Source of the DNA: a virus
Lineage: Duplodnaviria > Caudoviricetes
IMG/VR virus record: IMGVR_UViG_3300008085_000002
Span: 10-64,009 of that record
Reading direction: 5' to 3' (one strand)
DNA length: 64,000 nt
Notes under the pieces: generated by a model
The model's database searches: none
Told to the model about the DNA's origin: nothing
Seen by the model: only the letters and a program-made list of their open reading frames with translations
Program-made: the position numbers and the translations under genes
Shown: piece after piece, positions 28,844-37,430 of the stretch
How positions within the stretch are numbered: the stretch's first letter is position 1
How the letters are laid out: every line of letters begins with the position of its first letter

Positions 28844-29056
28844 TCACCAGCTGCTTCCCTTCTTGATTGGGTCATCACGGCGCTCCAGCTTGAGCCGGTG
28901 GGCCTTCCCGATAACCGCATTCTTGGTGACCGCCCCACCCAGCTTCTTGGCGATGGTAGAGGCGGGCACCCCGTTCTCCCACATAGACCTGAGCGTTGCC
29001 ACACGGTCGTCGCTCCAGAAGGTCTGCTCCTTGAGCCCAGGGATGCGCTCAGCCAT
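28844..29056 (-). CDS. gcrA: GcrA-like protein (N-terminal domain only, 70 aa)
   Basis: WSDDRVATLRSMWENGVPASTIAKKLGGAVTKNAVIGKAHRLKL matches the GcrA N-terminal signature. Confidence 0.88.
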   Translation of the reverse strand: MAERIPGLKEQTFWSDDRVATLRSMWENGVPASTIAKKLGGAVTKNAVIGKAHRLKLERRDDPIKKGSSW

Positions 29057-29969
29057 GGGCGGCCGCCGCGCGGCGCTCAACCTTGGCTGCAGGCCAGATC
29101 GACTTGTGCCAGTTGGTGCGCACCCAGGCCGCCCACTGCTGCACGTCGGCATGACGGCGGCTCTTGAGATACTCGGCATGCCGCCGCTCGCGCCGGACCC
29201 GCTTGTTATGCATCTTGGTACGATGTGCCTGCTGGCGCTCTGCCTTGGTGGTGTTCTTCGAGAGCTTCACGTATGTTCTCCTTAGGGGTGGTCAGTGATG
29301 TGAAAGTGGCGATCCGCGTCGACCCGGTACGTGGGAACACCCATGATCTTCCAGCGGCCCCGGCCGCCCTTGGGGTCGTTCACGTATTCGACGAAGCCCT
29401 GACGCGCCTGGCGCAGGAGCTCCATGTGGTCGGTGTGGCCCAGGTAGGCGATCGGCTTGGCCGCGCGCCCAGCGGTCTGGACCCAGCGGTCGACCGCCAG
29501 CCGGAAGTCTTCGAGGGTGGGGAGGGGCTGGGTCATGCTTCCTCCAGGTTCTTGAGCGCGGCCTGGGTCTTGCGCTTGAAGTCTTCGAGCTCCGCATTGC
29601 GGCTCCGGAGCTCGCTGATCTCCTTGTGCGCTTCCTCAAGCACGGCCGGGTTGGGCCACTTGGCGCGAAGGCGGCCGAGAATGTCGTATTCATTCTGCGA
29701 GCCGTCGTCGACGGTCTGCGACCAGGCCAGGATGCGGTCGATGGGGCCGATGATCCAAGAGCCGTGGTGCAGCCGCACCCGCTCCCGAATGAAGTCGGTG
29801 ACCGAGCCATCGAACACGGTTTCGTGTGGCTCACCGTCATAGTCGCGGCGGACGATCACCTGGCAGCCCTTGGTCTTGCCGACCCCGTCGAAGCTGGCGT
29901 TCTCGAGAGTGGCGCTCTTGCGCGCGTCCCTCAGGTCGTTGAGCACATGCTCAGGGAGACGGTCGGCCA

Positions 29970-30506
29970 TCAGTACATCCCCGGAAAGTTGACGCCTTCG
30001 AGCTCGCCATAGGCGTTCTCAAGCTCGTCGATGAATTCCTGGACGGCCGACCGCTGCTCTTCGCGCTCGTTGGCGTCAGCTTCGGTGACGAGCTCTTCAT
30101 CCTCGTCCCGGTCCTCATCATCCTCATTGGCTTCGAGCTCTTCATTGTCCTCCAGCCAGGCCTCGGCACCGGCCTTGGCCGCGTCGAGCATGCCCATGGC
30201 GTTGCCCATCCGGCCGTTGCGGCTCTGGGCCTTGCGCCGAGTGTCAATGGTGTAGGTCACCTCGACGCCCTGCAGCACCTCAGGCACCTCCAAGCTGTCG
30301 AGCGTGTCCATGCCGCTCTCGATGGCGTCGGCACATTCGGAGACTTCATCGAACTTGGGCAGGTTCTCCATGGAGTTGCTCTCCATGTTGTCCTTCCATT
30401 CGGTGATCTCTTCCTTGAGACCTTCCACCTCGCTCTTGCCTTCCTCGAAGGCCCCGTCGATGGTGCCGGTCACGAGCTTCGCCCGTTCTCCACGCTCACG
30501 TGCCAT
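29970..30506 (-). CDS. Highly acidic early protein
   Basis: About 50 of 178 residues are D/E (manual count); first gene after promoter 30540-30568. Confidence 0.6.
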   Translation of the reverse strand: MARERGERAKLVTGTIDGAFEEGKSEVEGLKEEITEWKDNMESNSMENLPKFDEVSECADAIESGMDTLDSLEVPEVLQGVEVTYTIDTRRKAQSRNGRMGNAMGMLDAAKAGAEAWLEDNEELEANEDDEDRDEDEELVTEADANEREEQRSAVQEFIDELENAYGELEGVNFPGMY

Positions 30507-30539
30507 GTCTCAGTACTCCTTTTCTGTGGTTCTGGAGCT

Positions 30540-30568
30540 CCCATGCCCCAACGCAGAAGACAACGCAA
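30540..30568 (-). promoter_or_regulatory. Putative phage promoter (GATTGCGTT class)
   Basis: TTGCGT-N17(ending GGGG)-CATGGG; AGAAAAGGAG RBS. Confidence 0.55.
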
Positions 30569-30897
30569 TCCTTATTCTGTCGCCGCGTTCAGAGCCGCAT
30601 CATGCTGGCGCTCCGCGCGCTCCTGGGCTTCCTCCACCAGCCTGTTGAGGTCAGCCTCGTTCAGGGGCCCGATGGAGCCCACAGCTGAGCGGCTTGGGAA
30701 GCCCAGGCGGACCAGGAGCTCGAAGCTCCGGGGTGAGATATTGTTGTAGGGCGACCAGTCGAGCGACACGCGGCGGCCGTCCTCATGGACCGCCTCATGC
30801 CAAATCTTGACCACGTCGTCGTCGCGGTCGTCATCCTGCTCCTGGTGCCAACCGTTCACCACCTGGTCATGACAGACATATCCCTGTGGAGGCCAGA

Positions 30898-31239
30898 TCA
30901 TCCGAGCGGCCTGAACCGGGGCACGGTCTTGCCATCGACCCGCACATCCTCGTAGAATTCAGACGCAGGCCGCCGCCAGAGCTCGCGCGCATGCGGGTAG
31001 CAGTGCTCGTAGATCAACCAGGCCGACCCATCGGGAGCCTTCACCTCTTCGCCAGTTTCACTGTCGCGGTGCGGGCCCAAGAGGCGGTAGAGGCCGCCCT
31101 TGTAGTGCTGGTGGGTTGCGTCGCCAGCGATCATCCGGAGCTCCCGGTTGGTCTTGCCCAGGAGGCTGCTGTGGTCAGGTCCGCTCATATCAATCCTCGT
31201 TCTGTGGTGGCCAGTTATCCTTGCGGCCACATGTCTCAA
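30898..31239 (-). CDS. DUF1653-like protein
   Basis: HYKGGLYRLLG...SETGE...WRRPASEF...RF motif. Confidence 0.7.
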   Translation of the reverse strand: MRHVAARITGHHRTRIDMSGPDHSSLLGKTNRELRMIAGDATHQHYKGGLYRLLGPHRDSETGEEVKAPDGSAWLIYEHCYPHARELWRRPASEFYEDVRVDGKTVPRFRPLG

Positions 31240-31605
31240 TCTTCTCGACCCCGGCCGTCGGTACGTCCGCAGGTCGCCAGATCACATTGCAGTCTGGGTT
31301 GAGGCACTTGTGCGAGGTGTGCGGCGGGTTGTCCCAATTGTCGGCCGGGTCCGGCGCGTCGATGTGCTGGAAGCCGCACTTGGGGCAGTGTAGCACCATT
31401 GGGATGGGCGTCGGCTCACAGCCCCATGCGCTGAGGTAGCGCGGCAGAGCCTGCTCGATCAGACGGCCGACCGCCTCGTGATTGGCCTGAGCCGACCCGG
31501 TGAGCTTCACCCCCGGAGCCCCAGCCACGGTGATCATCGGCCCGTCATCCTCATTGAAGAGGTTCAGGCTTGCCAGGTGGTAGTCGTGGTCGCCGACGTT
31601 GGCCA

Positions 31606-32046
31606 TCAGAATTCATCCCCATGCTTGGTGTCGAGCAGCGTGTCTTCGATCTTCGACCGGAGCACGGTGAGACCGTTGGCCTCCAGGTCGGCGCGCATGT
31701 CGCGCACCATCTTGATCATCTGCGCCTGGCTGGTCGCCCGGCTCGTGATGAACCACTTGCCGACGATCTGGTCCACGTCGTCTTCGGCGAAGGCGCTGAC
31801 CCGCCAGTTGTCGCTCTGGAAGGTGTCGCGGAAGTCGTCGAAGCTGCCCTCACCCGGCTCCACGGTCAGGTGCGCCTCGTAGTAGAGGCGAGAGGCGTCG
31901 AACTTGTCCTGGTGCTCGTGGTACAGGCGCTCGACCACGTCGTCCCTGACCGAGAAGCAAGGCGGCGGTCCCATGGTGTTGAAGGCGGCGCGCACCCCGG
32001 CCTCGAAGGCGCGGTAGTCGCGGGAAGGTTCTGGGTCGTGGCTCAT
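31606..32046 (-). CDS. Conserved phage hypothetical protein
   Basis: YYEAHLTV...RSKIEDTLLD; RBS and promoter TTGCGT-N18-CATCGT at 32097-32068. Confidence 0.55.
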   Translation of the reverse strand: MSHDPEPSRDYRAFEAGVRAAFNTMGPPPCFSVRDDVVERLYHEHQDKFDASRLYYEAHLTVEPGEGSFDDFRDTFQSDNWRVSAFAEDDVDQIVGKWFITSRATSQAQMIKMVRDMRADLEANGLTVLRSKIEDTLLDTKHGDEF

Positions 32047-32102
32047 TGGTACTCCCTTTCTGCTGGCACGATGGCCCCTGAGGTGAAGACAACGCAATCA
32101 CC

Positions 32103-32139
32103 AAAAAGCCCCGGCCCCTTGGAGTGAGGGACCGGGGCT
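32103..32139 (-). terminator. Rho-independent terminator
   Basis: AGCCCCGGTCCCTCACTCCAAGGGGCCGGGGCT followed by TTTT. Confidence 0.8.
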
Positions 32140-32163
32140 AATTCTCCCCCGCTTCACGGTCGC

Positions 32164-32355
32164 TTATGCAGCGAGCTTGAAGCGATGGTCGCCGATGTTC
32201 TTGATCGGCATCTTCTTGGCGCGCAGGCGGTCGATGACGCCCCGCGCGGCCTTGGTGCTCGTGAGCTCCAGCCGCTCAGCCAGCTGCTCGACGGTTGCGC
32301 CGTGCTTGCGCTTGAGCATCTGGAGAGCGGTCTCCTGCTTGGTCTTGGTCTGCAT
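32164..32355 (-). CDS. Winged-HTH protein, DUF3489-like
   Basis: TKQETALQMLKRKHGATVEQLAERL...AARGVI. Confidence 0.6.
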   Translation of the reverse strand: MQTKTKQETALQMLKRKHGATVEQLAERLELTSTKAARGVIDRLRAKKMPIKNIGDHRFKLAA

Positions 32356-32455
32356 GTTTCTCACTCCATTTCTATGTACGAGGGCTTTACGTACCCTCGG
32401 CGCTTGAACCTGTAGCGGCCCCACAGGTTCCAGGCTGGCTGCAGAAAGTGAAAAG

Positions 32456-32611
32456 TCACTTATTCATTTCCCCGTCGATGACGCAGACCTGTGCGCTTTC
32501 AAAGGCACACTGCAGCCGTTCAGCCTGGTGTACAAGATATTCACCGATGGAGCTCAGAACAATAACCAAGGTTAAGGCAATGAGGCCCCAGATGAGTGCT
32601 TTCTCGACCAT
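32456..32611 (-). CDS. Flp/Tad pilin-like membrane peptide without leader (51 aa; not in the ORF track)
   Basis: MVEKALIWGLIALTLVIVLSSIGEYL aligns without gaps to the mature Flp pilin N-terminal helix; TGATG coupling to the upstream ORF; ~49% GC (manual count 32461-32580). Confidence 0.6.
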   Translation of the reverse strand: MVEKALIWGLIALTLVIVLSSIGEYLVHQAERLQCAFESAQVCVIDGEMNK

Positions 32612-32856
32612 CAGGCAACACTCCGGTCGCGGCTCAGGCGGCGGCCGAAGACGGTGCGGCGCTCGACCTGGCGCTGCTCGGTACCGACGAAGGGCAGGCT
32701 GAACTCACGGCGCTGAGCGGCGCGGCGCTCGCGCAGCTGGCGTTCGGCGGCCGCGCGGCAATCCTTTTGGATGCGGCGCAGGCGCAGGGCCTCGTGGTAG
32801 GCAGCAATGTGCTGGAAGTGATAGCCGTCGAAGTATGATGCTTCTGCGTAGTCCAT
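32611..32856 (-). CDS. Arg-rich hypothetical protein, first gene downstream of the CtrA box
   Basis: AGAAAAGGAG RBS; 81 aa. Confidence 0.65.
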   Translation of the reverse strand: MDYAEASYFDGYHFQHIAAYHEALRLRRIQKDCRAAAERQLRERRAAQRREFSLPFVGTEQRQVERRTVFGRRLSRDRSVA

Positions 32857-32895
32857 GGTGGTCTCCTTTTCTGAAGACCACCATGGCGCACATTC

Positions 32896-32911
32896 GTTAA
32901 GAAAGAGTTAG
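32896..32911 (-). promoter_or_regulatory. CtrA-binding site (one mismatch)
   Basis: CTAA-CTCTTTC-TTAAC versus consensus TTAA-N7-TTAAC; extra TTAA half-site at 32924-32921; intergenic; TTAA is scarce elsewhere in this genome. Confidence 0.65.
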
Positions 32912-32920
32912 CTCTCGTGG

Positions 32921-34171
32921 TTAAAATACAGGCTCGTCATCGAACACCCGCGCGGCGGTACCGACCGCGCCGACCCCGTCGACTGCCAGCGTGACCAGCC
33001 GGTCGATCAGGTAATTCTGGAAGTCACGGCTGTTGTCCTGGAAGCCGTACTCCAGGTGGAGGTGCTCTTCCATCAACGTCCCGGCCACGGTCTTCACGCC
33101 CATGTCGAAGCACCGCTTGCTGAGCACGATGGCCTTGTTGAGCACGGTGCCCAGGCGGCCGACGCCAAGGTGCTCGACGATGATGAGCGGGCTCTTGTTG
33201 ATGTCGTAGCCCATGGCGTGGACGATGGCCTTGGCTTCCTCCAGCTGGCGCTCCTGAGCCGGGGTGAGCTTGGCAGGCTGGACGGCCGGGGCCTCCCGGT
33301 ACCGCGCCAACAGGCCCTGGACCGCCAGGTTGCAGGGGAGCTCGACGGCGCGCGCCACCTCTTCGGCCGCGTCCAGGAAGGCCTTGGACGGCCGCTCCCC
33401 GGTGCAGGCCAGATCGAGCTTGTGCTCGAAGCTGTCGCGGGGTGAGGTGAGCCACTGCTTGAGGAACCGGCTGTCCTCAGAGCGGATGATCGAGCGCGCG
33501 ATGGCCTGGTGCGCCAGGTGCGGGAACTTGATCGTCCGGTCTTCGGTGAGCACCAGCGGGGTGAGCACGTTGTAGCAGAAGCTCGCCTGCTGCTGGAGCT
33601 CGGCCGCCAGGATGCCCCGGTAGTACACATGATTGCTCTCGCCGGGGTGCACGTCGACGCCCTCCAGCCGATAGTCCGGCTCCTTGGTGAGCACGATGCC
33701 GCCCCGGTTGGTGTAGGCGTTCTCGATGTCGACCACGCCCTGCACATGGATGGTGGTCGTGCCCTCCCTGGGCCTGTGACCATCCCGGTCCATGATCGTC
33801 TCGCCGCGCTCGTCGATCGTGTTGCAGTAAAGCTCCCGGAAAGCCTGCCAGCCTTCCCAATTCAAGCCCAGTCGGGTGGTGAAGCCGAGCTCACGCGGCT
33901 CCCGGCCGACCTCGCAGCCAGGGCCGTACTCGGTCATGGTGATGACCTCGAAGTCCTGGTCGCGCACCCGCACCGGAGCCTTTGAGAACACGTAGCGGTG
34001 CAGGCCCGACCAGACGGTGATGGCCCCGCCGCTGCGCAGGATCACGCTGATGGCGTACTTGAGGCCAGAGCCGAAGTAGCCGATGGGGCTGTCGCCTTCC
34101 TTGGCGCTGATGCCGATCGTGGTGACGGCGCGCATGTCAATTTCGCCGTCGTTCTGGAAGCTGATAATCAT
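32921..34171 (-). CDS. GHKL-type ATPase with apparently permuted motif order and C-terminal zincin-like motif
   Basis: NDGEID...GISAK...IGYFGSGLK near the N-terminus; N-box RELYCNTIDE ~100 aa later; EEHLH...DNSRDF near the C-terminus. Confidence 0.6.
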   Translation of the reverse strand: MIISFQNDGEIDMRAVTTIGISAKEGDSPIGYFGSGLKYAISVILRSGGAITVWSGLHRYVFSKAPVRVRDQDFEVITMTEYGPGCEVGREPRELGFTTRLGLNWEGWQAFRELYCNTIDERGETIMDRDGHRPREGTTTIHVQGVVDIENAYTNRGGIVLTKEPDYRLEGVDVHPGESNHVYYRGILAAELQQQASFCYNVLTPLVLTEDRTIKFPHLAHQAIARSIIRSEDSRFLKQWLTSPRDSFEHKLDLACTGERPSKAFLDAAEEVARAVELPCNLAVQGLLARYREAPAVQPAKLTPAQERQLEEAKAIVHAMGYDINKSPLIIVEHLGVGRLGTVLNKAIVLSKRCFDMGVKTVAGTLMEEHLHLEYGFQDNSRDFQNYLIDRLVTLAVDGVGAVGTAARVFDDEPVF

Positions 34172-34544
34172 GTGATCCCTTTCTAGCGGTGGTACCAGCG
34201 ACGCGGCGGCTCGTTTGAGCTCCGGTAGCCGTTGCGGTTGTCGAAGTCGTGATAGTGGTAGCTGACCTCGTTGGCAGGCCCAGAGGCATAGCGGCGCTCC
34301 GGGGTCGGCACGATGGGCGGCTGAGGCTCGTCTTCAGCCGCGCGCATCAGGTAGCCCCGCATATTCTCGCGATCGAGCGTGACCTCCATCAGCTGGTCCC
34401 GGAGCTCGTTGTTTTCCTTTTCGACCTCGATCGTGCAGGCCTGGGCCTGCACCACCTTGCTGTCCAGCAGCTTCTGAGTGGCCTTGAGCTCGGCCACCGT
34501 TGCCTCGGCCTCAGCCAGACGCTCGCTCAATGTTTTCTTCGCCA

Positions 34545-35108
34545 TCACAAGGGCTCCTTTTGCTCTTCGCCATACAGGTAAGTGCGCCACGGCACCTTCA
34601 TGCGCCAGCGGTCGCTGAGGTGATTGGTGTCGCGCATGCTGGTGCAGGGGTTGGACTGGATGTACCAGCCAATGTGCTCCAGCACCGGGTTGTTGCTCTT
34701 CACCCAGAAGCCCCAGCGGCGGCCCTTGATGTAGGGCCCGCGCCAGACCAGCGTGTGGAGTGGCCAGGCCCCCTTCTTGACGGGGCCGATGACGCGGTGG
34801 GTGTAGGTGAAGTCGCGGAAGTGCCAGCGCCACCGCTGGACCGCATTGACGATAATCGTACCATCGTGCTGCAGCACCTCTTCGATGTAGGTCTGCAGCG
34901 GGAAGGTCCAGAAGCGCCAGGGGTGATCGTGGGGGTCGGGGTCTTCATCGCCCCGGTAGAACACGTGCCAGAGCAATTGTCCCCAGGGGGTCATCGGGGT
35001 GAGGGGGACGCGCGCCAGGTAGAGGGTCCGCTCGCCATGGCGGCCGCTGCCGTAGATGAGCTCGGCCCAGCCGAGCCAGCCGAGAAAGGTGAGAAGTCGC
35101 TTGAGCAT
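34545..35108 (-). CDS. Cupin-like protein
   Basis: HVFYRGDEDPDPHDHPWRFWTF...THRV...WGFW motif. Confidence 0.6.
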   Translation of the reverse strand: MLKRLLTFLGWLGWAELIYGSGRHGERTLYLARVPLTPMTPWGQLLWHVFYRGDEDPDPHDHPWRFWTFPLQTYIEEVLQHDGTIIVNAVQRWRWHFRDFTYTHRVIGPVKKGAWPLHTLVWRGPYIKGRRWGFWVKSNNPVLEHIGWYIQSNPCTSMRDTNHLSDRWRMKVPWRTYLYGEEQKEPL

Positions 35109-35190
35109 AGGGCCCTCCTGCGGAGACAGCCGGGACGTGTGGCCCTGGGGCGATTGACGCTCCCCCGGCTGCCCCTCCGCGAAGTGGTGG

Positions 35191-36470
35191 TTAGTTGAGC
35201 GTCGGTTCTTCGACCGGCTCTTCGACCAGCCGGACGTTCGCCCCGCCGAACAGCTGCGCCAGCGCAGCAGGCATGCCGCCATGCTGACAGGGCTCGTCTT
35301 CCTTGACGAAGGCCACGCCATGGTCGTCGAGGTATTCAGTGTCGACCGTCCAGTTGGCTTCGGGGTCGATCCCGGCCTTGGCGTAGAGCTTACCCCAGAG
35401 CTCCTTGCTGCGCCGCTCGAAGGCCGCGTTCATGGCGTCGGCTTCCTGCTCGAACCGCTTGTGGAGCTCTTCGGTTGTCTGGCGCGCCTCGCGACGAAGG
35501 TCACGCAGCTGGCGGCAAAGGTCCAGGCCTTCCGCGTCGTCGAGCTTGACCGCCTTGGGGCGGGTGTTCTGATCGTTCATTCTACTTCCCTTTCTGTCTC
35601 ATCACCGCGACCAGCCCCAGCAGGAGCAGGCCCGGCCACAACAGGACGAGCCCCACATAGGCACGTCCCCTCAGTTGGGAGCCCTTGCGCCGTGTCGCCA
35701 CGATTGCAAGCTCCCCGTTCAGCAAGCCGAACACCAGGTAGAGGTTCAGCCAGCCTATCCAGGTCAAGCCGCCTGCTCCAGCGCATAGCCACGCAAGCGG
35801 TTGACCTCGAAGTCGAAGGCGAGCTCACCCATGTGCGCGATCAGCGCCACATGCAGCGTCCGCCTGTCCAGATGGTGGGGCACCGGACGGCCGAAAGCTC
35901 TCCGGTACACCTCCACCACCTCGTGTTCATGAAGCGGCTGCCCTGAGGCCCAGGGAGGCAGCTGCTCCCTGGGCTTGTGACCGGCAGCAGCCTTCGCCTC
36001 CCGACGCGGGGGAGCCCAGGAAGCGAAGGCGCTCACTGACCGCTTTCCTCCACGGTCACGTGGATGCGCTGAGGCATGGTCGCCCGCTCGCCCACGTGGA
36101 CCTTCTGGATGTAGAGGGTCGTGACCCCCGCGTCCCCGCCGACCGCGCGGTACCGATGGCACCCCTTGGTCTCCTTGGCGTCTTCGCGTTCCATGATAAT
36201 TGACAGCTTCTTCACCTGGCACCTCCTTCACTGCACCCATTCGAGCTCGTACTTGTCCGGCAGATTGCCGCAATCGTGCTCGCCAGCCGGGTCGTCGACC
36301 TCGACGCACTCGTTGGTGCTCGCTGACTTGTACACGATAGGCATGTCTGCCCAGGTCTTGATGGCGAAGAGAAACACCAGGGCGATCAACACCCACAGCA
36401 CTACGCTCGCCAGCAAACCGTTGCGGCAGCCAATCGGCACCCGCAACGGCTCGTCGTTGAAGTCGTCCAT
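35191..36470 (-). CDS. Cluster of five small hypothetical genes, two with transmembrane segments (35191..35580, 35582..35767, 35764..36036, 36033..36215, 36228..36470)
   Basis: Abutting ORFs with RBS motifs. Confidence 0.5.
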
Positions 36471-36472
36471 AC

Positions 36473-37078
36473 TCAGCCCTCCACCGGCACCATCTCGTCG
36501 CCCCAAGGGTCGACCGGGTAGCCATGTTCCTCCAGCTGCTTCGGGCTCACAAGCACCTTGTAGCTTTCCTCGTTGGTGCTCATCAGGCGGACCCAGCCGC
36601 CCATCGAGCCGCGCTTGCTCTTCTTGCGCGCGACCATGGCCACGTGCGGGTAGGGGCCCAGGAGCTCGGAGACCTCTGTCAGCACCGAGTGGCACTGCGA
36701 GCCGGGCTCGGCATAGGTGGCGGTCGCCTTCCCTGCTAGGCCAAATTCCTTGATGACCTTCTTGAACGGGGCCTTGTGGCCGTGCTCGCAGCCGACGGCC
36801 GCGTGGACCATCTCGTGCAGCAGGGTGGCCAGCACCTCGACCGGGTCGGACAGGCGCGGGCAGATGAACATGTTGACGGTCTTTTCGTTGCTGCTCCAGG
36901 CAGGCGGGAAGCACTGGCCAATGGCGTTGCCCTTCCCGGCATTCTTGGCCCAGCCGATCGAGACGTAGAGCTCAGCGGGGAGCTCGTGCTTGCCCGGCTT
37001 GAAGAACCGCTCGTCGAGCAGCTTCATGCCAGCGCGAAGCCAGCCTTCACGAGTGTCATGGGTGTTGGTCTTTGGCAC
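36473..37078 (-). CDS. SprT-like zinc metalloprotease
   Basis: TLLHEMVHAAVGCEHGHKAPFK (HExxH...H..F); promoter TTGTCT-N17-CAGGCT at 37130-37102. Confidence 0.75.
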   Translation of the reverse strand: MPKTNTHDTREGWLRAGMKLLDERFFKPGKHELPAELYVSIGWAKNAGKGNAIGQCFPPAWSSNEKTVNMFICPRLSDPVEVLATLLHEMVHAAVGCEHGHKAPFKKVIKEFGLAGKATATYAEPGSQCHSVLTEVSELLGPYPHVAMVARKKSKRGSMGGWVRLMSTNEESYKVLVSPKQLEEHGYPVDPWGDEMVPVEG

Positions 37079-37131
37079 GGGGTTTCTCCTTTTCTGAAGT
37101 GAGCCTGCCTCACGGGGAGGCAGAAGACAAG

Positions 37132-37356
37132 TCATTTTCCTTCGAGCAGTCCCAGGTTTCGTAGAATTCGACGGACCCCGGTTCGAGCGTTCTGCATCGC
37201 GCGTCGGTCACTCGCGGTGCGGGCCACCACGTAGGTGTACTGGCGATCGTTCACCCAGAAGCGCACCTTGTAGTGCTTGCCCTGGTCGATGCGGTGCTCA
37301 ACGCCAGCGGCGGTGAGCTCGGCTATAACGGCGGTCACAGGGGTCTCTTTAGCCAT
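37132..37356 (-). CDS. HicA-like (dsRBD-fold) RNase candidate
   Basis: GKHYKVRF...TASDRRAMQNARTGVRRIL; own promoter TTGTCT-N17-GATAGG at 37410-37382. Confidence 0.55.
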   Translation of the reverse strand: MAKETPVTAVIAELTAAGVEHRIDQGKHYKVRFWVNDRQYTYVVARTASDRRAMQNARTGVRRILRNLGLLEGK

Positions 37357-37430
37357 CAGTCGTACTCCTTTTCTGAGAACTCCTATCGACCAGCACGACG
37401 CAGAAGACAAGCCTCTTTGTCAAACTATTT

